From: Acidimicrobiia bacterium
GTDB lineage: Bacteria > Acidobacteriota > Vicinamibacteria > Vicinamibacterales > CAVVIG01
DNA: 64,000 bases
NCBI GenBank assembly: GCA_016871175.1
Contig: VFZL01000001.1
Coordinates: forward strand, 128,218 to 192,217
Direction of reading: 5' to 3'
In this document: positions 20,708 through 30,507 of the stretch, piece by piece
Position numbering within the stretch: position 1 is the first letter of the stretch
Layout of the letters: each line of letters starts with the position of its first letter
Program-made: the position numbers and the translations under genes
The notes under the pieces: generated by a model
Databases searched by the model: none
What the model saw: only the letters and a program-made list of their open reading frames with translations
Told to the model about the DNA's origin: nothing

Positions 20708-21586
20708 ATGTCCGATCCTCTTCCGACCGATTCAAGTCCCCAGGGATCACAAGGGGGCCCGGCGTCCGAAGCGCTGCCCGGCGTGGGGCGTGATGCCAAG
20801 ATCGAGCAGTTGCTCCTGACCGGACTCGATCACTATTTCGACGGTCAATACGATCAGTCGATACACATCTGGACACGGGCCTTGTTTCTCGACCGCGGGC
20901 ATGCGCGGGCGCGCGCGTACATCGAGCGCGCGCGTGGGGCGCTCGCTGAGCAACAGCGTGAGTCCGAAGAGTTGTTGCAACGGGGTCTGGCTGCATTCGA
21001 CCGCGGCTCCAGTGCTGAAGCTCGCCGTTTGCTCGAAGCTGCGATCACCCGTGGCGCCCCGCGCGACGAGGCGCTCTCCGTGTTGGATCGCATTCAGCGG
21101 CTCGATCAGCCCGTGGGCGTGACCCAGGCGAGCAGCTCCGAGCCGTTGATCGATGGCGTGCCCACCCCGACGTCTCGTCAGCCCACGCAGCCGAGCTCGC
21201 GCGGGCGAATGTTGCTGGCCTGGGCCGGCATGGCGCTCGGCGTGCTCGTCCTTGGGCTGATTGCCTCAGGCGTGCTGTCGATTCAGGTGCGGTGGGGGCA
21301 GCCGCAGCCCATGCCAGGTGGCGTGCCAGTGGCGCAAGCTGACGATGCGCTGCCGCTTCCACGGCGAGGCGAGCTCGCACTGAGTCGCGCGCGGCTGCTG
21401 GCGCCGGCGGGTCGGTTGCGCGATGCCCTCGCGAGCCTCGATCAGATCGCCTTGACAGACGAGGAACGCGCCGCTGCCGATCGCCTCCGAGCGGACATTC
21501 AGCGGCACCTGATCGCCACCGGATCGGCCGCACCCACCGCGCCCGCCGTCCTCGACCCGGAGCCGTCGGTCGGGTCCACTCCATGA
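20708..21586 (+). CDS. Hypothetical membrane-anchored protein with TPR-like N-terminal helices
   Basis: 292 aa with good coding periodicity. One central TM helix (MLLAWAGMALGVLVLGLIASGVL). Its stop overlaps the next gene start (ATGA at 21583). Confidence 0.55.
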   Translation: MSDPLPTDSSPQGSQGGPASEALPGVGRDAKIEQLLLTGLDHYFDGQYDQSIHIWTRALFLDRGHARARAYIERARGALAEQQRESEELLQRGLAAFDRGSSAEARRLLEAAITRGAPRDEALSVLDRIQRLDQPVGVTQASSSEPLIDGVPTPTSRQPTQPSSRGRMLLAWAGMALGVLVLGLIASGVLSIQVRWGQPQPMPGGVPVAQADDALPLPRRGELALSRARLLAPAGRLRDALASLDQIALTDEERAAADRLRADIQRHLIATGSAAPTAPAVLDPEPSVGSTP

Positions 21587-22470
21587 AATGTCCCAAATGC
21601 GGGTACTTGGGCTTCGAGCAGGCCGAACGGTGCCGCAATTGCGGCTATGAATTCGCGCTCGCCGAGCGTCGCACCGATCGCGACGGCATCCTTCGCGACG
21701 ACACTGAACCGCGATCGGTGGACGATCTCGACCTCATTGATGGTGCGGCTTCAGCGCGACCGATACCACGCACGTCCACATCCAGGTCCCGAACCGTGGA
21801 CGCGCTCGACGAGATCGACGAACTTCCGCTCTTCACCGATGAACTCTCGCTGATCTCCCAGGCCTCGCCGCCACGTCCTCCGCTGTCGGTGCGGCGCGCC
21901 CCACCCGATGCGATGAGGCCAAGGGTCGACACGCCGACTGCACAAGACGCGCTCCAGGAACCAGAGATGGAGATGCCACTCGACGCGCTGATCAGTCCTG
22001 CGGTGCGCGCGCACGACCCGGAGTGGGTGCCGGCCGCGGCGGACGTCGCGGCGCCCGCCGGACTTGGCGCGCGGGCCGCGGCAGCGACGATTGATCTGGG
22101 TCTGCTCACCCTCATCGACCTCGCCGTGGTCTACCTGACTTTGCAGATCTGCGGGCTCACACCGCGCGAGATGGACCTGCTGCCGCTCCCGCCGCTTGTC
22201 GCGTTTCTCGTCGTGCAGAACGGCGGGTATTTGGTAGCGTTCACCGCCGGCGGGCAGACGATCGGCAAGATGGTGATGGGAGCTCGAGTAGTGGCCTCCG
22301 AGCCGGGCCAGGTGCTGGACCTCAGTCGCGCGCTGCAGCGCACGCTTGTCTGGGCGGTCATGGCGTTGCCGCTGGGCCTGGGACTGTTGTCGGCGCTCCT
22401 CACACCGGATCGCCGTGGCTTTCACGATCGGATCGCGGGGACCCGAGTCGTGCGCGCCGCGACGACCTAG
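21583..22470 (+). CDS. RDD-family membrane protein with N-terminal zinc ribbon
   Basis: MKCPKCGYLGFEQAERCRNCGYEF zinc ribbon. The C-terminal RDD-type TM domain ends ...LLTPDRRGFHDRIAGTRVV. Confidence 0.75.
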   Translation: MKCPKCGYLGFEQAERCRNCGYEFALAERRTDRDGILRDDTEPRSVDDLDLIDGAASARPIPRTSTSRSRTVDALDEIDELPLFTDELSLISQASPPRPPLSVRRAPPDAMRPRVDTPTAQDALQEPEMEMPLDALISPAVRAHDPEWVPAAADVAAPAGLGARAAAATIDLGLLTLIDLAVVYLTLQICGLTPREMDLLPLPPLVAFLVVQNGGYLVAFTAGGQTIGKMVMGARVVASEPGQVLDLSRALQRTLVWAVMALPLGLGLLSALLTPDRRGFHDRIAGTRVVRAATT

Positions 22471-22473
22471 GCC

Positions 22474-22944
22474 ATGGGGCGTGTGACGACGACTGTCGGG
22501 CTCGCCCTAGCCACAGGGTTGGGGGTCGGCTATGTTCCCTTCGCTCCCGGAACGTTTGGCTCGGCCGTCGGCCTCCTGCTCTGGATTGCGCTCCCGACTG
22601 CCCCGATGGTGCAGGCTGCCGTGATCGCGGCGGTCTTCGCTGTGGGCGTCTGGTCGGCCGGCGTGACCGAACGGCACTATCGCAGCACCGATCCGGGTGT
22701 GGTGGTCATCGACGAGGTGCTCGGCATGTTGATCACCCTCGCGATCCAGCCGGTGGGTTGGGCGGGCGCGGCGCTCGCCTTTTTGCTGTTTCGCGCCTTC
22801 GACGTGCTGAAGCCGTATCCCGCGAATCGGGTCGAGCGCATGCATGGCGGCTTCGGCATCATGGCCGACGACGGCGTGGCCGGTCTGTATGCGAACATAG
22901 TGCTCCGATTGGCGTTGCTGTGGGCGCCAGCGGGGCTCCTATAA
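22474..22944 (+). CDS. pgpA: Phosphatidylglycerophosphatase A
   Basis: 156 aa. GVGYVPFAPGTFGS...VVIDEVLGM...FRAFDVLKPYP motifs. Confidence 0.85.
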   Translation: MGRVTTTVGLALATGLGVGYVPFAPGTFGSAVGLLLWIALPTAPMVQAAVIAAVFAVGVWSAGVTERHYRSTDPGVVVIDEVLGMLITLAIQPVGWAGAALAFLLFRAFDVLKPYPANRVERMHGGFGIMADDGVAGLYANIVLRLALLWAPAGLL

Positions 22945-22991
22945 TCTCGACCCGACAGCGAGCGCCGCGCGCCTCTCCTCCAGAGACCTGC

Positions 22992-24245
22992 ATGAACGCC
23001 ATCATTCTTGCCGTTGGCAGCGAAATGCTCACGCCGTTCAAGACCGACACGAACTCTCTGGCGGTGACCGAGCGTTTGAACGCCCTTGGCTACGACGTAC
23101 GCACGAAGCTCGTTGTGGGGGACCGTCTCGACGACATTGTGAGCGCGCTCCGCTCGGTGATCGGACGCGTCGAGCTCGTGGTCTGCACTGGCGGTCTTGG
23201 CCCGACCGAAGACGACCTGACGCGGGACGCGCTGGCGCAAGTGCTGGACGTCGATTTGGAGGTCGATCCTGCGATTTTGGACGAGCTGCGCGCGCGCTTC
23301 GCGCGTCGCGGGATCGTGATGCGTGACAACAATGCGCGCCAAGCCCAGGTGCCGCGTGGGGTCGCGGTGGTGAAGAACGCGAACGGGACGGCGCCTGGCC
23401 TGCTGACCGTGCGCGCCGGCACCATCGTGGCGCTCTTGCCCGGCCCGCCGCGTGAGATGACGCCAATGCTCGAAGGGCTCATTCGCGACGGCCACATTCC
23501 CGCGCGCAGCGGGGGTCTGTTTCGACGCGTCCTCCGGATCACCGGGCGGCCGGAGTCGGAAGTCGACGCGATCGCGCATCCGGTGTACAGTCCGTGGCGC
23601 ACGCAGCCCATCCCGATCACCACCACTATTCTGGCCGTCTTGGGACAGATCGAGTTGCACTTGACGGCTGCCGCGCCCACTCGGGAGGCCGCCGACGCCG
23701 CGCTCACACCCGCGGTGGAGGCGCTGTGCGCGTCGCTCGGCTCATCGGTGTTCAGCGTGGACGGCCGCCCGCTCGAAGCCGTGGTGGGTGACCAGCTGCG
23801 ACAGGCTGGCTGGATGGCGAGTGTGGCGGAGTCGTGTACAGGCGGCCTCCTGGCCTCTCGCCTCACGGATGTCCCAGGCAGCTCGGAGTACTTCGATCGG
23901 GGCGTCGTGTGTTACAGCAACCAGGCCAAGGTCGACCTGCTCGGAGTGCCGCTGGCGCTCATCGAGGAGCAGGGTGCCGTCAGCGAACCGGTGGCCCTGG
24001 CGATGGCCTCTGGCATTCGGACGCGCGCGGGCACGGTGGTGGGCATCGGTATCACCGGCATCGCCGGGCCTGGCGGCGGCACGGATCACAAGCCGGTCGG
24101 AACGGTCGCCGTAGCGGTCGTCGCGGGCTCTCGGCAGTCGGTCCGCACCCTGCACTTGTTTGGATCCCGGGAGCAGATCAAATACCAAGCCGCCCAGGCG
24201 GCCATGAACATGCTGCGCCTCATGATGATCGACGCGAGGACCTGA
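22992..24245 (+). CDS. cinA: Competence/damage-inducible protein CinA (MoCF-like N-domain plus nicotinamide-nucleotide amidase C-domain)
   Basis: Start MNAIILAVGSEMLTPFKTDTNS at ATG 22992. C-terminal ...AESCTGGLLASRLTDVPGSS...GITGIAGPGGG. The 78 upstream codons of the track ORF overlap pgpA and are not supported. Confidence 0.9.
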   Translation: MNAIILAVGSEMLTPFKTDTNSLAVTERLNALGYDVRTKLVVGDRLDDIVSALRSVIGRVELVVCTGGLGPTEDDLTRDALAQVLDVDLEVDPAILDELRARFARRGIVMRDNNARQAQVPRGVAVVKNANGTAPGLLTVRAGTIVALLPGPPREMTPMLEGLIRDGHIPARSGGLFRRVLRITGRPESEVDAIAHPVYSPWRTQPIPITTTILAVLGQIELHLTAAAPTREAADAALTPAVEALCASLGSSVFSVDGRPLEAVVGDQLRQAGWMASVAESCTGGLLASRLTDVPGSSEYFDRGVVCYSNQAKVDLLGVPLALIEEQGAVSEPVALAMASGIRTRAGTVVGIGITGIAGPGGGTDHKPVGTVAVAVVAGSRQSVRTLHLFGSREQIKYQAAQAAMNMLRLMMIDART

Positions 24246-24251
24246 TTCAAG

Positions 24252-24848
24252 ATGCGGCTCTTCGTGGCCATCGAGCTCGATGAGACGGCGCGTGCAGGCG
24301 TTGTGTCATTGCAGCGGCGCGTGATCGGGTCCCTGAGAGACGACGCATCGGCCCTCAGGATGGTCCGACCGGAACAGTTGCACCTCACGCTGGTGTTTCT
24401 CGGCGAAGTGTCGGAGGATCGCGCGCGGACCCTCATGAACGCTCTCGACCCGCCGTTGGCCGGTGCGCCGTATACGCTGACGCTCGGAGGCCTCGGGATG
24501 TTCCCGCCACACGGTGCCCCCCGTGTGCTGTGGCTGGGTGTCGTCGAAGGGGCCGCCGAGACGATCGCGGCTCGCGCCGAAGTCCTGAGCCGATTGGTAC
24601 AGGCAGGGACACCGGCCGCCAATGGCGACGACAGCGACCCGCACGGCCGCGCGTTCACGCCCCATCTGGCCATGGGGCGGTGGCGAGACGCCAGACCGCG
24701 TCACCGCCGAGTCGTCGCCCAGGGCGAACCGTCAGGGGCGGTCGCAGCGTCGACGCGGGTGGACACTGTCACGCTGTTTTACAGGCGGCTGGGGAGCGCA
24801 GGTGCGTCCCACACCGCGCTCGTGCGCACGAGGCTCGGAGGCGCATGA
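24252..24848 (+). CDS. thpR: RNA 2',3'-cyclic phosphodiesterase (2H phosphoesterase, LigT/ThpR-like)
   Basis: MRLFVAIELDE... with first motif HLTLVFLG. The second motif reads PHLAMGRW where H-x-T/S-x is expected. Confidence 0.75.
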   Translation: MRLFVAIELDETARAGVVSLQRRVIGSLRDDASALRMVRPEQLHLTLVFLGEVSEDRARTLMNALDPPLAGAPYTLTLGGLGMFPPHGAPRVLWLGVVEGAAETIAARAEVLSRLVQAGTPAANGDDSDPHGRAFTPHLAMGRWRDARPRHRRVVAQGEPSGAVAASTRVDTVTLFYRRLGSAGASHTALVRTRLGGA

Positions 24849-25453
24849 TGCCACCTGCCACCTGGGTCTCGTTCAGTGCGGTGATGGGCTATCTTGTGGG
24901 CTCGATTCCCTTTGCGCTGGTCCTCGCGCGCCGATGGGGTGCCGGCGACCTCCGACTCGTGGGGAGCGGTAACGTGGGTGCCGCCAACGTGGCGCGGGCC
25001 TCGGGACTGAAATCAGGACTGGTCGTGGCGCTCCTGGACATCTCCAAAGGAATCGTCAGTGTGTTGCTGGCCGAGCGGTTGTTCGGCGGCGCGAACGCGG
25101 CCGCGGCTGCCGGAGTCGCCGCGGTCGTCGGTCACGTGTATCCCGTCTGGCTTGGCTTCCGCGGCGGGAAGGGCGTGGCGACCGCGTGCGGCGCCTTCGT
25201 GATCCTGGCGCCGATCGCGGCAGGCGCGGCGCTGGCGTCCTTCGTCGTGTGCGTGTGGGCGACTCGATACGTCTCGCTCGGGTCGGTCGTGGCCTCGCTC
25301 ATGGTGCCCGTGCTCGCGTGGTCGAGCGATGAGCCGCTTCCGGTGTTCACGGCCGGCATCAGTTGCGCGGCGCTCATCATCTTTCGTCATCGCGAGAACC
25401 TGCGGCGGATGCTGACCGGAACCGAGCGACGCTTCGGGCGCGTGGAGCGCTAA
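24845..25453 (+). CDS. plsY: Glycerol-3-phosphate acyltransferase PlsY
   Basis: ATG 24845 overlaps the thpR stop (ATGA). ...GYLVGSIPFALVLARRWG..DLRLVGSGNVGAANVAR...GHVYPVWLGFRGGKGVAT. Confidence 0.9.
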   Translation: MMPPATWVSFSAVMGYLVGSIPFALVLARRWGAGDLRLVGSGNVGAANVARASGLKSGLVVALLDISKGIVSVLLAERLFGGANAAAAAGVAAVVGHVYPVWLGFRGGKGVATACGAFVILAPIAAGAALASFVVCVWATRYVSLGSVVASLMVPVLAWSSDEPLPVFTAGISCAALIIFRHRENLRRMLTGTERRFGRVER

Positions 25454-25457
25454 GCCC

Positions 25458-26471
25458 GTGCAGTCGATCGCGATCCTGGGGGCAGGCAGTTGGGGCACGG
25501 CGATCGCCGCCCACTTGGGGCGGCTCGGGCATCGAGTGCACCTCTGGGCGCGCGACCCGCGACTGGCTGCCGAGATCCAGACGCGCCACGCGAACGCCGT
25601 CTATCTCCCCGACGTTACGTTGCCGCCATCGGTCCGCGTCACTGATGCACTCGAGCCGGCGCTCGATGCGATCGATGTCGTGGTGATCGCAGTTCCCTCA
25701 CACGGCTACCGCGCGGTTCTCCGCGCCGCGGCACCTCACCTCCGTCCTCATGCGACCTTGGTCAGCGCGACGAAGGGTCTCGAGCCGGTCACGCTCCTTC
25801 GCATGTCGGAAGTCATCGCGCAGGAGCTCGGCCCCGAGCGACCGGTCGTGGTGCTGTCCGGTCCCAGCTTCGCCAGCGAAGTCGCTCAGCTCAGGCCGAC
25901 GGTTCTTGTCGCCGCTTCGACGCGCGGCGATGCGACCGAGCTCGTGCAGTCGGAGTTCAGGGGCTCCGCGCTACGCCTCTACGGGTCGGCGGACGTCATT
26001 GGCGTCGAGCTCGGTGGTGCATTGAAGAACGTCATCGCCATCGCTGCGGGCGTCGTCGAAGGACTGGGACTGGGACACAACGCGCTCGCTGCGCTGATCA
26101 CGCGGGGCCTGGCGGAGATCACGCGGCTGGCCTGCGCCGCCGGCGGACACCGCGAGACCACCGCTGGACTGAGCGGCCTGGGTGACCTCGTGTTGACGTG
26201 TACCGGTACGCTCAGCCGCAACCGTCACGTGGGACTGGAACTCGCTCGTGGGCGGTCCTTGGCGGACGTCGTGTCCGGGATGAAGATGGTGGCCGAGGGC
26301 GTGAACACGACCCGCGCGGCGTTGGCGCTCGGCACGCGGTATCAGGTCGAGCTACCCATAGCCACGCAGATGGCGGCCGTGCTGGACGGACGATCGGATG
26401 CGCGATCGGCGGTCGAGGCGTTGATGGTGCGTCCGCAGCGGACCGAAATCGAGCCCCGCGGCGCGCAGTAA
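25458..26471 (+). CDS. gpsA: NAD(P)H-dependent glycerol-3-phosphate dehydrogenase
   Basis: GTG start. IAILGAGSWGTAIA...GPSFA.EVA...LKNVIAIAAG... Confidence 0.95.
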   Translation: MQSIAILGAGSWGTAIAAHLGRLGHRVHLWARDPRLAAEIQTRHANAVYLPDVTLPPSVRVTDALEPALDAIDVVVIAVPSHGYRAVLRAAAPHLRPHATLVSATKGLEPVTLLRMSEVIAQELGPERPVVVLSGPSFASEVAQLRPTVLVAASTRGDATELVQSEFRGSALRLYGSADVIGVELGGALKNVIAIAAGVVEGLGLGHNALAALITRGLAEITRLACAAGGHRETTAGLSGLGDLVLTCTGTLSRNRHVGLELARGRSLADVVSGMKMVAEGVNTTRAALALGTRYQVELPIATQMAAVLDGRSDARSAVEALMVRPQRTEIEPRGAQ

Positions 26472-26530
26472 GGCCGACGCCGGCCGCAACCTGCCCCGAG
26501 CGACGGAACTGAGCTGATAAGATCAGCTTC

Positions 26531-27454
26531 GTGGGACTGTTCGGCCGCATCCGGGAGAGCCTCTCCCGCACCAAGCAGCAGATCGTCGAACGATTCGAGG
26601 AGATCGTCGGCCGCGCCGACCAGCCCGAACGCCGCTCGCGCCCGGTGGATGTCGAGACGCTCGAGGCCCTTGAGGAGCTGTTGATATCGGCGGACATCGG
26701 TGTGGCGGCCACCGATCGCATCGTGTCGGCCGTGCGGCAGCGCACCCGGGGTGGAGAGAGCCTGCGCGAGCTCGTCAAACAGGAGATCCTCCGGATCTTC
26801 GAGCAGGTGCCGCAGCCGTCGCCGACCACGGTATCGCCCGCGGTGACGTTGATCGTCGGCGTCAACGGCACCGGCAAGACCACCACCGTCGGCAAGTTGG
26901 CGAAGCTGCTCGCGTCGGAGGGGAAGCACCCGCTCATCTGCGCGGCCGACACGTTTCGCGCGGCGGCGGTCGAGCAGCTGGAGATTTGGGCCCATCGCGC
27001 GCACGTGGACATCGTGCGGGCGCGCGACGGATCCGATCCGGCCGCGGTCGTCTTCGACGCGATCAGCGCCGCGAAGGCTAGGGGCCGCGATCCGATTCTG
27101 GTCGACACCGCCGGGCGACTGCATACGCGCGTGAACCTGATGCACGAGCTGGAAAAGATTCGCCGAGTTGCCGCGCGCGAAGTGCCAGGCGCCCCGCACG
27201 ACGTGCTGCTCGTCCTCGACGCGACCGTCGGCCAGAACGGGCTTCAGCAGGCGCGTGAGTTCACGAGCGTGGCCGGCGTGAACGGCATCGTCCTGACCAA
27301 GTTGGACGGTACTGCCAAGGGCGGGGTTGCCGTCAGCATCGCGCATGATCTGAAGCTTCCCATTCGCTATGTGGGGGTCGGCGAGGGCATCGACGACATG
27401 GTGCCATTCTCGGCCACGGAGTACGTCTCGGGACTGTTCGAAGACAAATGGTGA
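26531..27454 (+). CDS. ftsY: Signal recognition particle receptor FtsY
   Basis: 307 aa. NG domain with VGVNGTGKTTTVGKLA, DTAGRLH and TKLDGTAKGG. Confidence 0.95.
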   Translation: MGLFGRIRESLSRTKQQIVERFEEIVGRADQPERRSRPVDVETLEALEELLISADIGVAATDRIVSAVRQRTRGGESLRELVKQEILRIFEQVPQPSPTTVSPAVTLIVGVNGTGKTTTVGKLAKLLASEGKHPLICAADTFRAAAVEQLEIWAHRAHVDIVRARDGSDPAAVVFDAISAAKARGRDPILVDTAGRLHTRVNLMHELEKIRRVAAREVPGAPHDVLLVLDATVGQNGLQQAREFTSVAGVNGIVLTKLDGTAKGGVAVSIAHDLKLPIRYVGVGEGIDDMVPFSATEYVSGLFEDKW

Positions 27455-28557
27455 CCGCGCAAGACGTCATGACCCCGTCGGATTACATGGCGCGTGCATT
27501 GTTTCTCGCGGAGCGAGGCCGTGGACGCACGAGCCCGAACCCGCTGGTAGGCGCGGTGATCGTCTCGCCCGAGGGTGTGGTCGTGGGATCCGGCTTTCAC
27601 GCACGTGCTGGCGAAGCCCACGCGGAAGTGCGGGCGCTCGACGAGGCGGGCGCGGCGGCGCGAGGCGGCACGCTCTACTGCACGCTCGAGCCGTGTTGCC
27701 ATGTGGGTCGCACCGGGCCGTGCGTCGTGCGGATCGTGGAGGCCGGTGTCGCTCGGGTCGTGGCCGCGGTCGAGGATCCGAATCCACTCGTCTGCGGTCG
27801 TGGCTTTGCGTTTCTTCGCGCGCACGGCGTCGAGGTTGAGGTAGGGCTCCAGGCTGCCGCCGCGATGCGCATCAACCTGCCTTTCTTCACGCGCCACCGG
27901 TCGCAGCGGCCCCTGGTCACGTTGAAGGCCGCACTGAGTGCGGACGGCTGCGTGGCAGCGGCCCCGGGACAGCGCACGCGGTTGACGTCGGCAGCTGCCA
28001 ATCGGCACGCGCACTGGGTGCGGGCGGAGGTGGACGCCATCGCCGTCGGCGCGGGCACGATTCTGGCCGATGATCCGCTGCTCACTGCGCGTGGGGCGTA
28101 TCGTGCTCAGCCGCTGGTCCGGGTGATCTTCGACCGGCGCCTCCGTACCCCTCCGACCGCTCGAGTGCTCTCGACAGTCGACGCCGGCCCTGTCATCATC
28201 GTGACGTCCGCGGACCAGCTTGCGGGGCGCGAGTCGGGGCGCCAAGCGCTCGAGCGTCGTGGTGCGCGCGTCTTGGTCACGCGGACCGGGATGATCCGCG
28301 AGGCACTCGGACGACTCGCGGCCGACTGGCAGCTCGGCTCGCTGCTCCTCGAGGGCGGAGCGGCGATCCACGCCGCTGCCTGGGAGGAAGGCGTGGTCGA
28401 CATCGTGCGGCTCTATGTCACGCCGCACGTGATCGGCGCGGGCGGTGTGGCCTTTCTGCCGGCTGGTTCGTTCTGGTCGGGCGCGCTGCGGCAGCGACGA
28501 GTCGAACCGCTCGGGCCCGATGTCATGATTGAAGGCTATGTTCACCGGATTGATTGA
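27448..28557 (+). CDS. ribD: Bifunctional riboflavin biosynthesis protein RibD (deaminase/reductase)
   Basis: The start overlaps the ftsY stop (ATGGTGA). Deaminase motifs HAEVRAL and TLEPCCHVGRTGPC. C-terminal reductase domain. Confidence 0.93.
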   Translation: MVTAQDVMTPSDYMARALFLAERGRGRTSPNPLVGAVIVSPEGVVVGSGFHARAGEAHAEVRALDEAGAAARGGTLYCTLEPCCHVGRTGPCVVRIVEAGVARVVAAVEDPNPLVCGRGFAFLRAHGVEVEVGLQAAAAMRINLPFFTRHRSQRPLVTLKAALSADGCVAAAPGQRTRLTSAAANRHAHWVRAEVDAIAVGAGTILADDPLLTARGAYRAQPLVRVIFDRRLRTPPTARVLSTVDAGPVIIVTSADQLAGRESGRQALERRGARVLVTRTGMIREALGRLAADWQLGSLLLEGGAAIHAAAWEEGVVDIVRLYVTPHVIGAGGVAFLPAGSFWSGALRQRRVEPLGPDVMIEGYVHRID

Positions 28558-29167
28558 GAGCGTGGGGAATGTCCTGGAGGTGAAACCGGCAGCCGGCGGC
28601 GCGCGCGTCCGCATCGGGACGAGGCTGGCTTCCGATCTCTCGCCAGGCGAGAGCCTCGCCCTGAACGGTGTCTGTCTGACGGTCATCGTCGCCGGGGACG
28701 GGCAGGTTCAAGCCGACGTCGGACCGGAAACGCTTCGACTGACCGCCATCGGCGGGCTGGCCCCTGGGGCCCTCGTGAATCTCGAGCGGCCGCTACGCGC
28801 CGACGGCCGGTTCGGCGGGCATCTCGTGCAGGGTCACGTGGACGCGACCGGCTACATCGAGGACCTGCGCCAGGACGCCGAGTTTCACTGGCTGACGGTG
28901 AGCTTTCCATCGCGTCTCCGCCCGTACATCATCCCCAAGGGCTCGATCGCGATTGACGGCATCAGCCTCACCGTGGCAGGGCTTGGACAGGACCGGCTCG
29001 ATATCATGGTGATTCCGCACACGATGGCGTCCACCAACCTGAAACACGCGCAGATTCGCGATCGCGTGAACATCGAGTGCGATATGGTCGGCAAGTACGT
29101 CGTGCGCGCGGCGGAGCTCGCAGGGCTGAGTCTGACGCCCGTGCGCGCCGGAGAGAGGAAACATTGA
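28538..29167 (+). CDS. ribE: Riboflavin synthase alpha chain
   Basis: MFTGLIESVGNV... with an internal duplication (...GHLVQGHVD...). ATG 28538 overlaps the ribD 3' end. Confidence 0.9.
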   Translation: MFTGLIESVGNVLEVKPAAGGARVRIGTRLASDLSPGESLALNGVCLTVIVAGDGQVQADVGPETLRLTAIGGLAPGALVNLERPLRADGRFGGHLVQGHVDATGYIEDLRQDAEFHWLTVSFPSRLRPYIIPKGSIAIDGISLTVAGLGQDRLDIMVIPHTMASTNLKHAQIRDRVNIECDMVGKYVVRAAELAGLSLTPVRAGERKH

Positions 29168-30432
29168 AGGCCAGACACCGTTCCGAACGGAAACGTGCGT
29201 TGGCGTTGGCCAAGAATTCGCGCCCAGGGCCGTTTGCCACCGTCGAGGATGCCGTCGACGCAATCAAGGCGGGGCGCATGATCATCGTGGTCGACGATGA
29301 GGATCGGGAGAACGAGGGCGACCTCACGATAGCCGCCGAGAAGGTGACGCCAGAAGTGATCAACTTCATGGCTCGGCACGGCCGAGGCCTGATCTGTCTC
29401 TCCATGACGCCGGAGCGCTTGGACGAGCTCGAGGTCCCGCTCATGGTTTCTGCGAACACGTCGCGATTCGACACGGCGTTCTGTGTAGCCATCGAGGCCA
29501 AAGGCCGCACCACCACCGGCATTTCAGCCGCCGATCGGGCGGCCACCGTGTTGACCGCCATCGACCCGGCCACCAAACCGTCGGACCTGGCGCGACCGGG
29601 CCATGTGTTTCCGCTGCGCTCCCGGCCCGGCGGCGTGATCGTGCGCGCGGGGCAGACCGAGGCGGCGGTGGATATGGCGCGAGCCGCCGGCCTCTATCCG
29701 GCGGGCGTCATTTGCGAAATCATGAACGAGGACGGCACGATGGCGCGCGTGCCGCAGCTTGCCAAGTTCGCGAAGAAGCACGGTCTGCTGATGATCACCA
29801 TCGCAGACTTGATCAAGTACCGAATCCGGACGGAGTCCCTCGTGAAACGGATGGCCACGGCGAAGCTGCCGACCGACCAGTACGGCGACTTCGTGGTCCA
29901 CGTGTTCAAGAACATGCTCGATGGGCAGGAACACACGGCCCTGGTCAAAGGCGATATTTCGTCGGGCCACGACGTCATCGTCCGCGTGCACTCGTCGTGC
30001 TTGACCGGGGACGTCTTGCACTCCGCCCGTTGCGACTGCGGAGCACAGCGGGATGCCGCCCTGAAGCGGATCTCCACCGAGGGGCGGGGCGTCTTCTTGT
30101 ATCTGAATCAGGAAGGGCGCGGCATCGGGCTGGCGAACAAGATCCGAGCCTACGAGCTGCAGGACGAAGGGTTCGACACTGTTGAGGCCAACGAACGGCT
30201 CGGGTTCAAGGCGGATCAGCGTGACTACGGCGTCGGTGTCCAGATCCTGCGCGCACTCGGCATCAGATCCATGTGCCTCCTGAGCAACAACCCTCGCAAG
30301 CTCGTCGCGATTGAGGGCTATGGCCTCTCCGTCAGCGAATGGCTCCCGATCGAGATCCCGGCGTCGGCGACGACCGTGCGGTATCTCAAGACGAAGAAGG
30401 AGAAGCTGGGACACAAGCTGTCCGGGGTTTGA
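29164..30432 (+). CDS. ribBA: Bifunctional 3,4-dihydroxy-2-butanone-4-phosphate synthase / GTP cyclohydrolase II
   Basis: DHBP synthase block VVDDEDRENEGDL..., GCH II block HSSCLTGDVLHSARCDCG...EGRGIGL.NK. Start assigned to TTG 29164, overlapping the ribE stop; the start is uncertain. Confidence 0.9.
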   Translation: MKARHRSERKRALALAKNSRPGPFATVEDAVDAIKAGRMIIVVDDEDRENEGDLTIAAEKVTPEVINFMARHGRGLICLSMTPERLDELEVPLMVSANTSRFDTAFCVAIEAKGRTTTGISAADRAATVLTAIDPATKPSDLARPGHVFPLRSRPGGVIVRAGQTEAAVDMARAAGLYPAGVICEIMNEDGTMARVPQLAKFAKKHGLLMITIADLIKYRIRTESLVKRMATAKLPTDQYGDFVVHVFKNMLDGQEHTALVKGDISSGHDVIVRVHSSCLTGDVLHSARCDCGAQRDAALKRISTEGRGVFLYLNQEGRGIGLANKIRAYELQDEGFDTVEANERLGFKADQRDYGVGVQILRALGIRSMCLLSNNPRKLVAIEGYGLSVSEWLPIEIPASATTVRYLKTKKEKLGHKLSGV

Positions 30433-30458
30433 CAGCGATAGACCAGGTCAACTACGAT
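30429..30458 (+). promoter_or_regulatory. Candidate sigma70-type promoter for ffh
   Basis: TTGACA (30429-30434), an 18-nt spacer, then TACGAT (30453-30458). It lies ~50 nt upstream of the ffh ATG. Confidence 0.35.
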
Positions 30459-30507
30459 AACAGTTTGCATTCGAGTAGGTTAGCGGCAGCCGCAGGCGTG
30501 GCGACAC

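Noticed and set aside
27380-27460. FMN (RFN) riboswitch ahead of ribD, and a TPP riboswitch ahead of thiE (37440-37515)
   Set aside because: Both genes overlap the preceding coding sequence, leaving no non-coding leader. No conserved riboswitch core sequences were seen.
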